A DNA stretch of 64,000 nt from a virus. Taxonomy: Duplodnaviria; Heunggongvirae; Uroviricota; Caudoviricetes. The position numbers were made by a program, and so were the translations under genes. The stretch is from the IMG/VR virus record IMGVR_UViG_3300020156_000001, positions 42,321 through 106,320 of that record. One strand, given 5' to 3'. The notes under the pieces are model-generated. The model searched no databases. It had not been told where the DNA came from and saw only the letters and a program-made list of their open reading frames with translations. Below, in pieces: positions 28,840-36,612 of this stretch (positions are counted from its first letter, which is position 1; every line of letters begins with the position of its first letter).

Positions 28840-29262
28840 GATCTGTTTCCAGATTTTTCCATCTTTGTCAACAAACGTGTCGGGTTTGCTGTTGATGAAT
28901 TCATGGTCCAGCTGAAAAGAAACTGCGCAAAACCGTTCGATTAGTGGAACCAATTGGGGATCTAGAATCTTATCGGCGATCCGTAGGGGGTCAAAGTAAA
29001 CGCGATTGCCATTGGGCTGAATGAGGATGCCACTCCAATATCGAGACTTGAAAAGCAAGTATTTTGCATCAAGCTCAATACGAGCGTTGTTGGTGAGAAC
29101 ACCCTTGTAATAGCGATGGAAACTTGGGCAATCCTCTGGAGCATCTGTAATGCTGATCGCTGGTGCAGCTGGAATATGGCGTTCTCTTATGAGAACTTCA
29201 CTTGTGATCGCCGGCGCTTTGGGTTCGGGTTCATCAAATAGCGCGAGAAACTTCTTCAGCAT
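28834..29262 (-). CDS. Hypothetical protein
   Basis: Coupled ORF with GAGGAG RBS. Confidence 0.65.
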   Translation of the reverse strand: MLKKFLALFDEPEPKAPAITSEVLIRERHIPAAPAISITDAPEDCPSFHRYYKGVLTNNARIELDAKYLLFKSRYWSGILIQPNGNRVYFDPLRIADKILDPQLVPLIERFCAVSFQLDHEFINSKPDTFVDKDGKIWKQIG

Positions 29263-29453
29263 TATTTGGTCTCCTCAAGAATCTCAGCACCTTTGTGAGC
29301 ACCAGCAGCTTGACCTAAAGCATATGCGGTCTTGAGAGCCGATTTGAGCTGCCAAACGCTCATCTCGTGAAAGTCGAGAGAATCGCTATTGCGGGTCTCA
29401 AGAGTTTCAAGTCCGAGAATCGTTTTAGCGATTTGTTCAAGTGCTTCATCCAT
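29262..29453 (-). CDS. Small conserved protein (DUF6900-like)
   Basis: LETLETRNSDSLDFHE.SVW..K.AL..AY motif. Confidence 0.75.
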   Translation of the reverse strand: MDEALEQIAKTILGLETLETRNSDSLDFHEMSVWQLKSALKTAYALGQAAGAHKGAEILEETK

Positions 29454-29579
29454 GTCCGATCTCCTGTTGTTGTCCTAAATCTAGCACAGAATAGGAAAGA
29501 GTCAACCACAAACAGAAACAGCACCCTTTCGAGTGCTGCTTCCTTGCCAACGATCGATCATGCCTTGAAAGAATCGTGG

Positions 29580-29718
29580 GTGAATGTGAACAAGTGAACA
29601 CCTAGGATGTTTTGACGGACACTCTACCACTGAGTTATATCCAAGTTGCCCTGGATAGTTGGATTCGAACCAACGACCTTCTGTTTGGATAACCCTAAGC
29701 TATCGGCTCACAACTCAC
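29580..29718 (-). ncRNA. YrlA-like Y RNA 1 (permuted tRNA module)
   Basis: TGTGAGCCGA...CACTTGTTCACA terminal helix; T arm GGTTCGAATCC precedes acceptor stem closed by GCAA loop, then D arm; own promoter and terminator. Confidence 0.75.
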
Positions 29719-29751
29719 ATATAGTAGAGTGCCAATGGAAGGTCAAGAGCA

Positions 29752-29835
29752 AAAAGCCCTCAGCCTTGAAGGGGGAAACCTGGGGTGCTGAGGGCTCTAT
29801 GGTTACCATGCGGCCGTTCATCTCCACATGACACA
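29752..29835 (-). ncRNA. Candidate sRNA
   Basis: TTGACC promoter at ~29840-29868; ends in AGCCCTCAGC..GCTGAGGGCTTTT hairpin; no ORF. Confidence 0.45.
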
Positions 29836-29869
29836 CTTAATATAGTTGCTTGGTTTGGAAGGTCAAGAG

Positions 29870-29955
29870 CAAATAGCCCCGAAGGGTCCAGCAGCGGTTC
29901 CATCAGGGCTATAAGGAAGAGTTGGTGTGGCTTCCAACAACAACTTCGCCTAGCA
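29870..29955 (-). ncRNA. Candidate sRNA
   Basis: TTGACT promoter at ~29982; 3' TAGCCC/GGGCTATTT pairing; no ORF with RBS. Confidence 0.35.
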
Positions 29956-29986
29956 TTTTAATTATTCTATAGGGGAAGTCAAGGGT

Positions 29987-30056
29987 GAAACAGCCCAACG
30001 AGTGGGCTGCTTCTTCGCGTGGAGTAACTTGCAACGAAAGGCCAATGGCCCGCACA
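29987..30056 (-). ncRNA. Candidate sRNA
   Basis: TTGACT..TAGTTT promoter at ~30060-30087; terminator CAGCCCA..TGGGCTGTTTC. Confidence 0.4.
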
Positions 30057-30120
30057 AACAAACTAATGTTCATCCCGCGTAAGTCAAATGAAAACCCCGC
30101 CGGCATGGAACGGCGGGGTT

Positions 30121-30255
30121 TGTGAGCAAGTGCTTGGTAAGCTCATTTTACGGTGTCCTAACCACTAGACGAACCCCACATAGTTGGAGCGGGGTATGGG
30201 ATTCGAACCCATGTAACCGGCTTGGAATGCGATAACCTTACACATTCGGCTCACA
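30121..30255 (-). ncRNA. YrlA-like Y RNA 2 (permuted tRNA module, Gly-like 3' half with UCCA)
   Basis: TGTGAGCCGA...CACTTGCTCACA; GGTTATC; T arm then ACCCCGC-TCCA, linker, GTGGGGT and D arm; promoter TTGACT-N17-TAGATA; terminator 30091-30120. Confidence 0.78.
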
Positions 30256-30270
30256 AAACCGTATCTAGCG

Positions 30271-31830
30271 TTAGGCCGCCAGTAAGTCAACCGCCCCAGC
30301 ACAAGTAAAGGGGCAAAAGTCAATTGGATCGTCGAGATTCAAATCCTCAGCAAAGATCCGATTGATGATCGCATATGAGGGGTTGCTTGCGTCAAAAACC
30401 TTATTACCAGCAAACAAAAATGCTTCAACTTTGGCCAATTCCTTTTGGCGAAGAGTAAGCGTGTCCGTTTCCACTGCTTTGATGTCAGGGCGAGACATCG
30501 CTCCTTCGACCATCTTTTTCATCAACTTGTATGAAGCAATATCTACAACCGGTAAACCGCAAATCTTTTCCAACACTTCCCGAGAATTTGTACGGCACTT
30601 GAGATCCGCAGCTTGATCACAGCCGGCTGCCGTGCATTTGTTGTGCTTCGCAGCGTCGTACACATGCAAGCAAGCCTCGCAAGTGTATGCGAGCTTTTTG
30701 TTCTTGAAGTCGCTCGCTGAGTGCGCGGACTTGCGCTTTGTAAACTTTACGTCCGGTGCATAATCAAAATGCGTCCACTGCTTGGTCTCGATGTTGTCGA
30801 GTTCCATGTTATTGCCATAGTCGAAAATGTAGCCTGCAGTCTTTTCGCCATCTGCGCGAGTTACGCGACCCGCACACTGGTGCATAAGTGCGATGCTAAC
30901 CATGTTACGATCGATGATCAGGAACTTGGCAGGCTTGCAATCAAAGCCTTCACAGAGGGAATCAACACTGCACAGGACGTCAATAAGACCATCTTCAAAC
31001 TGCTTGAAGTAACGCTGACGTTCAGCCATCGTTTGCTTGCCCTCAATAAGCTGGGCACGAACACCGGCGGCGCGGAATGCTTTCTCATAGCTTTCGGCGA
31101 ACTGGACTTCCGTTGTTACAAGAATTGTCCGCTTGTTTGCGCTATCCTTAGTGTATTCAAGCCAGTCATTAACAACGTGCGAGCCCTTTGGACGACGAGT
31201 TACAACCGGCTTAACAATAAAGCCCATTGCGATCAGATCAGCAATCGAAGCTGCCGTGATCATGCGATCAGCGTACCAAGACCAAAGATGTTCGCCATCC
31301 TTGTTCTGTTCGCGGCGTGGAGTAGCGGTAAGGCCAACGATTTTGCAGTTGGGGAAATAGTTCTTTGCAGCTTGGCTGCTTGCTGCGGTGTTCTTGTGTG
31401 CCTCATCCATAAACAAGTAGTCGGCAGTCCAAAACAGCGGGAGCTTGAGATCGCTATTACCAGCAACCACACCGGAGAATGTTTCCGGCATTGTGATAAT
31501 AACGTTGCCAAGCTTTGTAGAGAACGGACGACCATACTTGTCGGCCTTGAGCGTGTTGTGGAGAACCGCTGCAGGAATACCCATGTCCCGGACCAGCGTG
31601 TTGTAGAACTGCTCGACCAGCGTCATGCTAGGAACAACAACCATAAACTTTGCTGAGGGATTGATTTCGATCAGCTGGCGAATAAGCCCAGCAGCGATAA
31701 CAGTTTTTCCAGATCCAGTTGCGGACTGAATCAGCACACTTACGCAATTTTGAAGAATGAGAATATCAATAGCGCGTGTTACGCAATTGCTTTGATACGC
31801 ATGTAGCGTAAGTTTGTTTGTGCTTTGCAC
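30271..31830 (-). CDS. Superfamily 2 (DEAH) helicase with C-terminal Cys cluster
   Basis: ATGSGKT, DEAH, GLTATP, EGFD, QCAGRVTR motifs. Confidence 0.92.
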   Translation of the reverse strand: MQSTNKLTLHAYQSNCVTRAIDILILQNCVSVLIQSATGSGKTVIAAGLIRQLIEINPSAKFMVVVPSMTLVEQFYNTLVRDMGIPAAVLHNTLKADKYGRPFSTKLGNVIITMPETFSGVVAGNSDLKLPLFWTADYLFMDEAHKNTAASSQAAKNYFPNCKIVGLTATPRREQNKDGEHLWSWYADRMITAASIADLIAMGFIVKPVVTRRPKGSHVVNDWLEYTKDSANKRTILVTTEVQFAESYEKAFRAAGVRAQLIEGKQTMAERQRYFKQFEDGLIDVLCSVDSLCEGFDCKPAKFLIIDRNMVSIALMHQCAGRVTRADGEKTAGYIFDYGNNMELDNIETKQWTHFDYAPDVKFTKRKSAHSASDFKNKKLAYTCEACLHVYDAAKHNKCTAAGCDQAADLKCRTNSREVLEKICGLPVVDIASYKLMKKMVEGAMSRPDIKAVETDTLTLRQKELAKVEAFLFAGNKVFDASNPSYAIINRIFAEDLNLDDPIDFCPFTCAGAVDLLAA

Positions 31831-31985
31831 TTTGCTGTTCCTTATTGGAGTTATCGTTTCCGATCTTCCTATACCAACACATTAATAGGAAGTGTATAGG
31901 AACGTCAACAGGAATCTGCTCAGTTTTTCTGTTTTTCTGTGAAAAGATTATGGCATGAAAAAGCCCGGACGAACCGGGCTTTCTA

Positions 31986-32381
31986 TTATGGGTAAAGCTT
32001 TGCGTTGAGCTGAAAGTGAGGACCATCCTTAAAGGACTTCCAATCACCGCCCCATTCCACAGCAACACCAAGTTCCTTTGCCGCAGCCTTCATAGCTTCA
32101 GCAAGCTTGTAATAGAGAGGCCAATCCCAACGGATCTGACCATCAATAAGAGCAGCAAGATCAACAGCCTTGGACAGACCATCCTTGCCAGGAATATGAC
32201 GAGAGTTCATAGTCTTCGAAGCGCCAGCAGCTACGAGAACTTTCTGCTCAGCAATCGTACGAACACCGCAAGTTACTGTAAAGTCAACTTGTGTGAGTTG
32301 GATAGCGCGTTCAACAACACGAACTAGGTCGGGATGAACACCCTGGAGTTTAGCCTTACTATTAGAGCCAAGTACGAACAT
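31986..32381 (-). CDS. Endolysin, M15 L-Ala-D-Glu peptidase (T5-like)
   Basis: LQGVHPDL, GVRT..EQ, SRH, AVD, WGGDW, DGPHFQL. Confidence 0.92.
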   Translation of the reverse strand: MFVLGSNSKAKLQGVHPDLVRVVERAIQLTQVDFTVTCGVRTIAEQKVLVAAGASKTMNSRHIPGKDGLSKAVDLAALIDGQIRWDWPLYYKLAEAMKAAAKELGVAVEWGGDWKSFKDGPHFQLNAKLYP

Positions 32382-32383
32382 GG

Positions 32384-32420
32384 AAATACCTCGCAAGTTT
32401 AGGGGTTGCGAGGTATTTAC
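32384..32420 (-). promoter_or_regulatory. RBS-sequestering hairpin overlapping late promoter of the endolysin
   Basis: Perfect 13-bp inverted repeat AAATACCTCGCAA/TTGCGAGGTATTT; TAAATA lies in the 5' arm, GAGG RBS in the 3' arm. Confidence 0.8.
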
Positions 32421-32449
32421 CTAGTTTTAGTGCTCAGCAAAAACGCTGG

Positions 32450-32860
32450 TTAATTGAGGCCGCCGTAGCCCAAGTTAACGCCGTCGCGGAAGCTAAGCTT
32501 GAACATCGTCATTTCTTCCTTCGTGGCAAAGCTTACGAAGATGTCGTACTGTGGACCGAGAGCCAACGCACGAATGCTTTTTGGATCCACCAGCGATTCG
32601 GGAAGAGCTTCACCGTTAACAACAATCTCCGGGGTGAAGAATGTTTTGGTTGCGCGGCGGCTTACCACATAAGCGTTGAAGTTTTCGTTGTCCTTGATTG
32701 CTTCAGCAATTTCACGAATGAAAGCAATTTCGCCGCCTTCATCCTGGCCAGAGCGATCCTGACCATCGGCATGAACACTTGTCCACATAGTGGTTCCCAG
32801 TCGAATGTGGAAACCAAAATTGTCGAAATCTGCACTGCCTGTACGGGACCAAGTAGTCAA
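32450..32860 (-). CDS. FKL-motif family protein
   Basis: FATKEEMTMFKLSF. Confidence 0.7.
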   Translation of the reverse strand: MTTWSRTGSADFDNFGFHIRLGTTMWTSVHADGQDRSGQDEGGEIAFIREIAEAIKDNENFNAYVVSRRATKTFFTPEIVVNGEALPESLVDPKSIRALALGPQYDIFVSFATKEEMTMFKLSFRDGVNLGYGGLN

Positions 32861-32994
32861 TGTGTTATCCTCATAAATGCCTAACTGATTGCCACGTTAA
32901 TAGGATTAGGTATTCTATGCAAGAAGTTTTTTGAAGTTTTCCTAAATTTATTCCTAATACGGAAAACAGAAAAGCTAGGATGAATCCTAGCTTT

Positions 32995-33070
32995 TGGTTG
33001 CGTGTGGCCGGAATCGAACCGACTTTCTCAAGCTTATGAGGCTTGCGACTTACCACTTGTCCTCACCGCA
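32995..33070 (-). tRNA. tRNA-Met/Ile2(CAT)
   Basis: Anticodon loop CTCATAA, GTTCGATTC, CCA; one bulged A in acceptor stem. Confidence 0.8.
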
Positions 33071-33101
33071 GTTCTATTTATATGCGAACCGCAGGAGAAA
33101 G

Positions 33102-33371
33102 TCAACAAAATCTTAATTTAAATTCCATTGCCACTGCGGTGTCGTAAATGGCCACCCAAACATTACCCCAAGCAAATTGGGTCTCTACTATACGTCCTTT
33201 GCCCCACTCATGGAGAACACCACGCATTTCCGTAATGTCCTCAGGACGATCAACTACACTAAGATCGTAAACAAACAGAAATCCTCGCTGCATCCAAGAG
33301 TTTTGGACACTTACGGTGCTTCGATATTCGTCAAGTGAGGCAGTACGAAAAGTTCTCACGTTTATCCCCAA
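33102..33371 (-). CDS. FKL-motif family protein
   Basis: IYDTAVAMEFKLRFC. Confidence 0.7.
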   Translation of the reverse strand: MGINVRTFRTASLDEYRSTVSVQNSWMQRGFLFVYDLSVVDRPEDITEMRGVLHEWGKGRIVETQFAWGNVWVAIYDTAVAMEFKLRFC

Positions 33372-33694
33372 TAAAGCTTGAACTGCAAAGCGTGAGCTTT
33401 CTCAACAAAAGCAAACATGCTTTGCCCTTGCATTTGATCATAATGGAAGTCGTCGAACTGAGCTTCGCACCATTGCCTGATAGCTATGCGGATACTTTGG
33501 GTTTGTTCCAAAGTAAGAGTGACATGCGGACGTAAGTTAAACTGAACGTCTATTGGTTCAAGAAAATCAAATGAGCCAAAGATAAAGAAATTGTACTTTA
33601 GCGGAATATGGTCGAAAAAGCGATTAACTTCCTTTTTAGGCCAATTCCTTCCTTCGAAGTATTTGAAATCGACATCATTGTGCGCGTTCGACAT
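33362..33694 (-). CDS. FKL-motif family protein
   Basis: FVEKAHALQFKLYWG. Confidence 0.75.
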   Translation of the reverse strand: MSNAHNDVDFKYFEGRNWPKKEVNRFFDHIPLKYNFFIFGSFDFLEPIDVQFNLRPHVTLTLEQTQSIRIAIRQWCEAQFDDFHYDQMQGQSMFAFVEKAHALQFKLYWG

Positions 33695-33702
33695 TCACGA
33701 TC

Positions 33703-33942
33703 CTATGCGTAAAATTCCTCAGGAAGCGTTGGCATGCGTTCGCGAAGTTCAGCTTCTTCAATACGTACGAAGCCGGCGGAATTGGTGCGCTTTTGTTTCC
33801 AAAGGCTGGCAAAGTAGGCTTCACTGCCTTTTTCGTCTGTGCCTCCAAGGTTCCCATTGGAACCCCAGAAGCTTACAAACTTGCCACCAACACTTGCATA
33901 GCCCCACGTTTTGGGGCCATTCTTCGCTGCAACAATAATCAT
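33703..33942 (-). CDS. Hypothetical protein (WGR-like)
   Basis: TWG..VSFWG..KRT..GF pattern; RBS. Confidence 0.55.
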   Translation of the reverse strand: MIIVAAKNGPKTWGYASVGGKFVSFWGSNGNLGGTDEKGSEAYFASLWKQKRTNSAGFVRIEEAELRERMPTLPEEFYA

Positions 33943-33951
33943 GTGTTTCCT

Positions 33952-34380
33952 TTATCCGTCGTACTTGCTACGATTGCGGCCTTCGACAACCGTAAGAACG
34001 CGCTTGGGTGCATTGGGGTTGGCAAACATTGCCTTGGCCTGGGAATCAGTGATTCGGTAACGCTGGCCGTTTGGTTCCGAATACGTCCAAGTGTATTTGC
34101 CGCGATTGGTGTGAGACAAGATCTTCTGGCCGCGAGCGTTGACCGGCAGCATTCCCATGATCTCGATAAGACCAAGCAGCGAGCTGGAAAGTTTTACTTC
34201 GCCGCCTTCGCCGCGCAAGCTGACCGTCATCTTCGTAGTGAACGAAGCGTCCGTGTATGAACCGCTACCAAATGTAAGATCAACGCCGAATTCATCGGCA
34301 ACCTTCTTCATCGCAGCTTCAAGTTCCTTAGAGAACTTGTTAACGTTTGCGCGGTCAAAAGCAGTAATGTTGGTCTTCAT
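33952..34380 (-). CDS. Hypothetical protein
   Basis: Consensus RBS GGAGATCGAAAATG and promoter. Confidence 0.75.
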   Translation of the reverse strand: MKTNITAFDRANVNKFSKELEAAMKKVADEFGVDLTFGSGSYTDASFTTKMTVSLRGEGGEVKLSSSLLGLIEIMGMLPVNARGQKILSHTNRGKYTWTYSEPNGQRYRITDSQAKAMFANPNAPKRVLTVVEGRNRSKYDG

Positions 34381-34444
34381 TTTCGATCTCCGTTTGTTTG
34401 TGTTGTCCCAAACATATAGGAATTCAGGAACTAGTCAACCAGAA

Positions 34445-34627
34445 TTATCCACGGGCTGGAACAATAATGTACTCAATAGAATCTGCTCCACTGCCGGAGA
34501 TTGCTTTGGCCGCTTGTTCAGCCACCTTTTCATTAACATAGCTGTCGGAAACCATCACATATGATGCGCCAGATGTTAAAGGACGAACCAACAGCGCGTA
34601 TCGCGTAAACACATAGTTAGACATCAC
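34445..34627 (-). CDS. Small hypothetical protein
   Basis: Coupled ORF with GGAG RBS. Confidence 0.45.
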   Translation of the reverse strand: MMSNYVFTRYALLVRPLTSGASYVMVSDSYVNEKVAEQAAKAISGSGADSIEYIIVPARG

Positions 34628-35234
34628 GCTTCTCCGTTATGGTGTCAATGTCCAAGTCTAGCACTTGGTTGATATCCAAGCAAATAAAACGTGTACCGTC
34701 GTAGGTGGCATCAAACTCTTTGTGGTAATGACCAAAGATCCAAAGCTTGGGCTTGTGAAGTGCCCAAAGCGCACCCAAAGCTTGCTGAGTCCGCGATAGG
34801 TCCCAAATTTGCCGGCCCAACACGTAATGGCAAATTGGATCAGGAACATCATGCGAAACTACGATATCCGGCTTAATACGAACGTATTCATCGGTAAGCT
34901 GATAAAACTCACCGATAGAAAGTTCCTCATCAGGCCACCAGCTCACGCCTTCGATACGATGCGCACGATCAATACTTTCGGCGCCACCGATAAAGAAGAT
35001 TTGCCCATCAAAATGTCCATCAGGAATCCATCTAGGATCTTCTTTGCATTTTTGCGGATCATCGTGGTTGCCACGAATAAAGCGATCCTTTAGTGGATCA
35101 ATTGGATCCGGCTTGGGCGGAGTTTTAAATCCCATGCCATAGTCGCCGACTTGAACTGTTTCGTAATCCCAAAGCAGCTTTTCATAAGTTTCAAACTGGG
35201 CGTGAATATCGCCGATAAATCTCATCCAACGCAT
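34617..35234 (-). CDS. Calcineurin-like metallophosphoesterase
   Basis: GDIH, GD, RGNHD, SH, FGHYH motifs. Confidence 0.9.
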   Translation of the reverse strand: MRWMRFIGDIHAQFETYEKLLWDYETVQVGDYGMGFKTPPKPDPIDPLKDRFIRGNHDDPQKCKEDPRWIPDGHFDGQIFFIGGAESIDRAHRIEGVSWWPDEELSIGEFYQLTDEYVRIKPDIVVSHDVPDPICHYVLGRQIWDLSRTQQALGALWALHKPKLWIFGHYHKEFDATYDGTRFICLDINQVLDLDIDTITEKRDV

Positions 35235-35296
35235 AAAATTTCCTAAGTAAGATATGGAAACAGGACCCTTTCGGATCCTGTCTACATTAATTGGGG

Positions 35297-35438
35297 TGTG
35301 AGAGCAAGTGGGAGCTTGGACCGTTTTCTGTGCTAACCACTACACTAAGGCCCCATACGTGATTGGTGGAGCCTCCAGGATTCGAACCTGGCCTAGTCTT
35401 TTCCAATAAGAGATAACCCAAACAGATCGGCTCTCACA
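35297..35438 (-). ncRNA. YrlA-like Y RNA 3 (permuted tRNA module with Ala-type acceptor and CCA)
   Basis: TGTGAGAGCCGA...CACTTGCTCTCACA; GGTTATC; T arm then AGGCTCC-ACCA, linker, GGGGCCT and D arm; promoter TTGACT-N17-TATATT; terminator 35258-35282. Confidence 0.78.
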
Positions 35439-35475
35439 GTCCTCAATATAGTGGGTTGTACCGGCGAAGTCAACC

Positions 35476-35874
35476 TTAATAATACGAACTAATTTGATAA
35501 ATGTGGACACCCATGACCAACAGAATTTGTAGACAAATCCCCCAAGTCATTCCAATAACAAAATGCTTGCTGTAGTTGGGCTGTGAACGTTTTTTAGCCA
35601 ATGCTGATCGAAACATTGAGTCTTCATCATCTTTATCACGTTCACGCATTTCGCGAGAATATGCCCACCACATGATATTGATAGAGAAAAAGATAGCAAC
35701 TATCGTTGATATCCACAAATTCATCTGGCTGAACGGAATCGCATTCGACAACGCGATTGGAATAAACCACATTACAAATAGTCCCGCTCCACTTGCTACC
35801 ATGTCAAAGTTTTTGCCGATAAGTGAGAGCAGCTTGTGGATAAGGTCGAAGACCAAAAACAACGGGTTAGTCAT
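35476..35874 (-). CDS. Membrane protein
   Basis: Three hydrophobic segments. Confidence 0.6.
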   Translation of the reverse strand: MTNPLFLVFDLIHKLLSLIGKNFDMVASGAGLFVMWFIPIALSNAIPFSQMNLWISTIVAIFFSINIMWWAYSREMRERDKDDEDSMFRSALAKKRSQPNYSKHFVIGMTWGICLQILLVMGVHIYQISSYY

Positions 35875-36280
35875 CGGCTTCTTCCTTCATCAACTGTAGA
35901 TCTTTTACAAACTTGGGCAAGTCATTTCGCAGGTATGGACCCAACGCCAATACAGTCGTAGTGGGCTCAGGAAACACCGTACGGCCGGCATCGGTAACCT
36001 TATACGTTGCGATACCCGCTGCCTCACATTCGCGCTCAGCACGCTCTAATGCAGCGAGATTCTTACACGTGACTATGATCTTGGGAGTGTTGTCGCGTTC
36101 GTATTGTTCATACGTTTCAAGCAGCTTTCCACCGGTGCGGAAGATTCTCGCGGTTAGCCGTTCAAACGCATGGCCAGATTGCCCCGCAAGCTTTCCCTTT
36201 GGAATTGGCTTGTCATCGATCGTACGAAGATCCTTGCGCACGACTAACCACATCTTTAACTCGTTTACAGGATTGTCCAT
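35867..36280 (-). CDS. pth2: Peptidyl-tRNA hydrolase Pth2 family
   Basis: KMWLVVRKDL, GKLAGQSGHA, PKII, DAGRT, TVLALGP. Confidence 0.9.
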   Translation of the reverse strand: MDNPVNELKMWLVVRKDLRTIDDKPIPKGKLAGQSGHAFERLTARIFRTGGKLLETYEQYERDNTPKIIVTCKNLAALERAERECEAAGIATYKVTDAGRTVFPEPTTTVLALGPYLRNDLPKFVKDLQLMKEEADD

Positions 36281-36612
36281 TTTAGATCATGTAGTCCTTT
36301 TCCGCTGCGGTCGTTGGTCACCCACATGAAACCCAACGGCGCTGGTATTGTTAGCTTCAAAAGCAAAGCATCAGCTTTGCTGGTCAAGTAGAACACACTA
36401 CGCCGCCTAAACAGCTTATAGTTGGCTACACCATTTTCATCCAAATTCTCAATTTCAATGCGGGTTAAATTGTTCCCAATGTAAACCCGCCGAGATTCAT
36501 CCTGTAGCCATTCATAAAGCTCGCTGGTTTGGATGCGGTTCTGAAAGTTTACCTTTACTAGGGTACCACCTTCGACCACAACGTCAGTAAGCCGATCACG
36601 TATGTAGATCAT
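36265..36612 (-). CDS. FKL-motif family protein
   Basis: LTSKADALLLKLTI. Confidence 0.65.
   Translation of the reverse strand: MIYIRDRLTDVVVEGGTLVKVNFQNRIQTSELYEWLQDESRRVYIGNNLTRIEIENLDENGVANYKLFRRRSVFYLTSKADALLLKLTIPAPLGFMWVTNDRSGKGLHDLKWTIL

Noticed and set aside
30721-31656. 311 aa + strand ORF
   Set aside because: Antisense shadow of the helicase gene.
32871-33056. ORFs overlapping tRNAs (also 38018..38215, 61142..61369 and the N-terminus of 48242..48598)
   Set aside because: They are translations of tRNA sequence.
29580-35438. Permuted tRNA modules as ordinary, intron-containing or pseudo tRNA genes
   Set aside because: The halves are in reversed order, there is no intact anticodon arm, and all three share non-tRNA flanking helices and GGTTATC. 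This fits Y RNA better than decay or introns.
35297-35438. Two-piece (permuted) tmRNA
   Set aside because: The Ala acceptor fits, but the unit is only ~140 nt with no room for a tag reading frame or pseudoknots.
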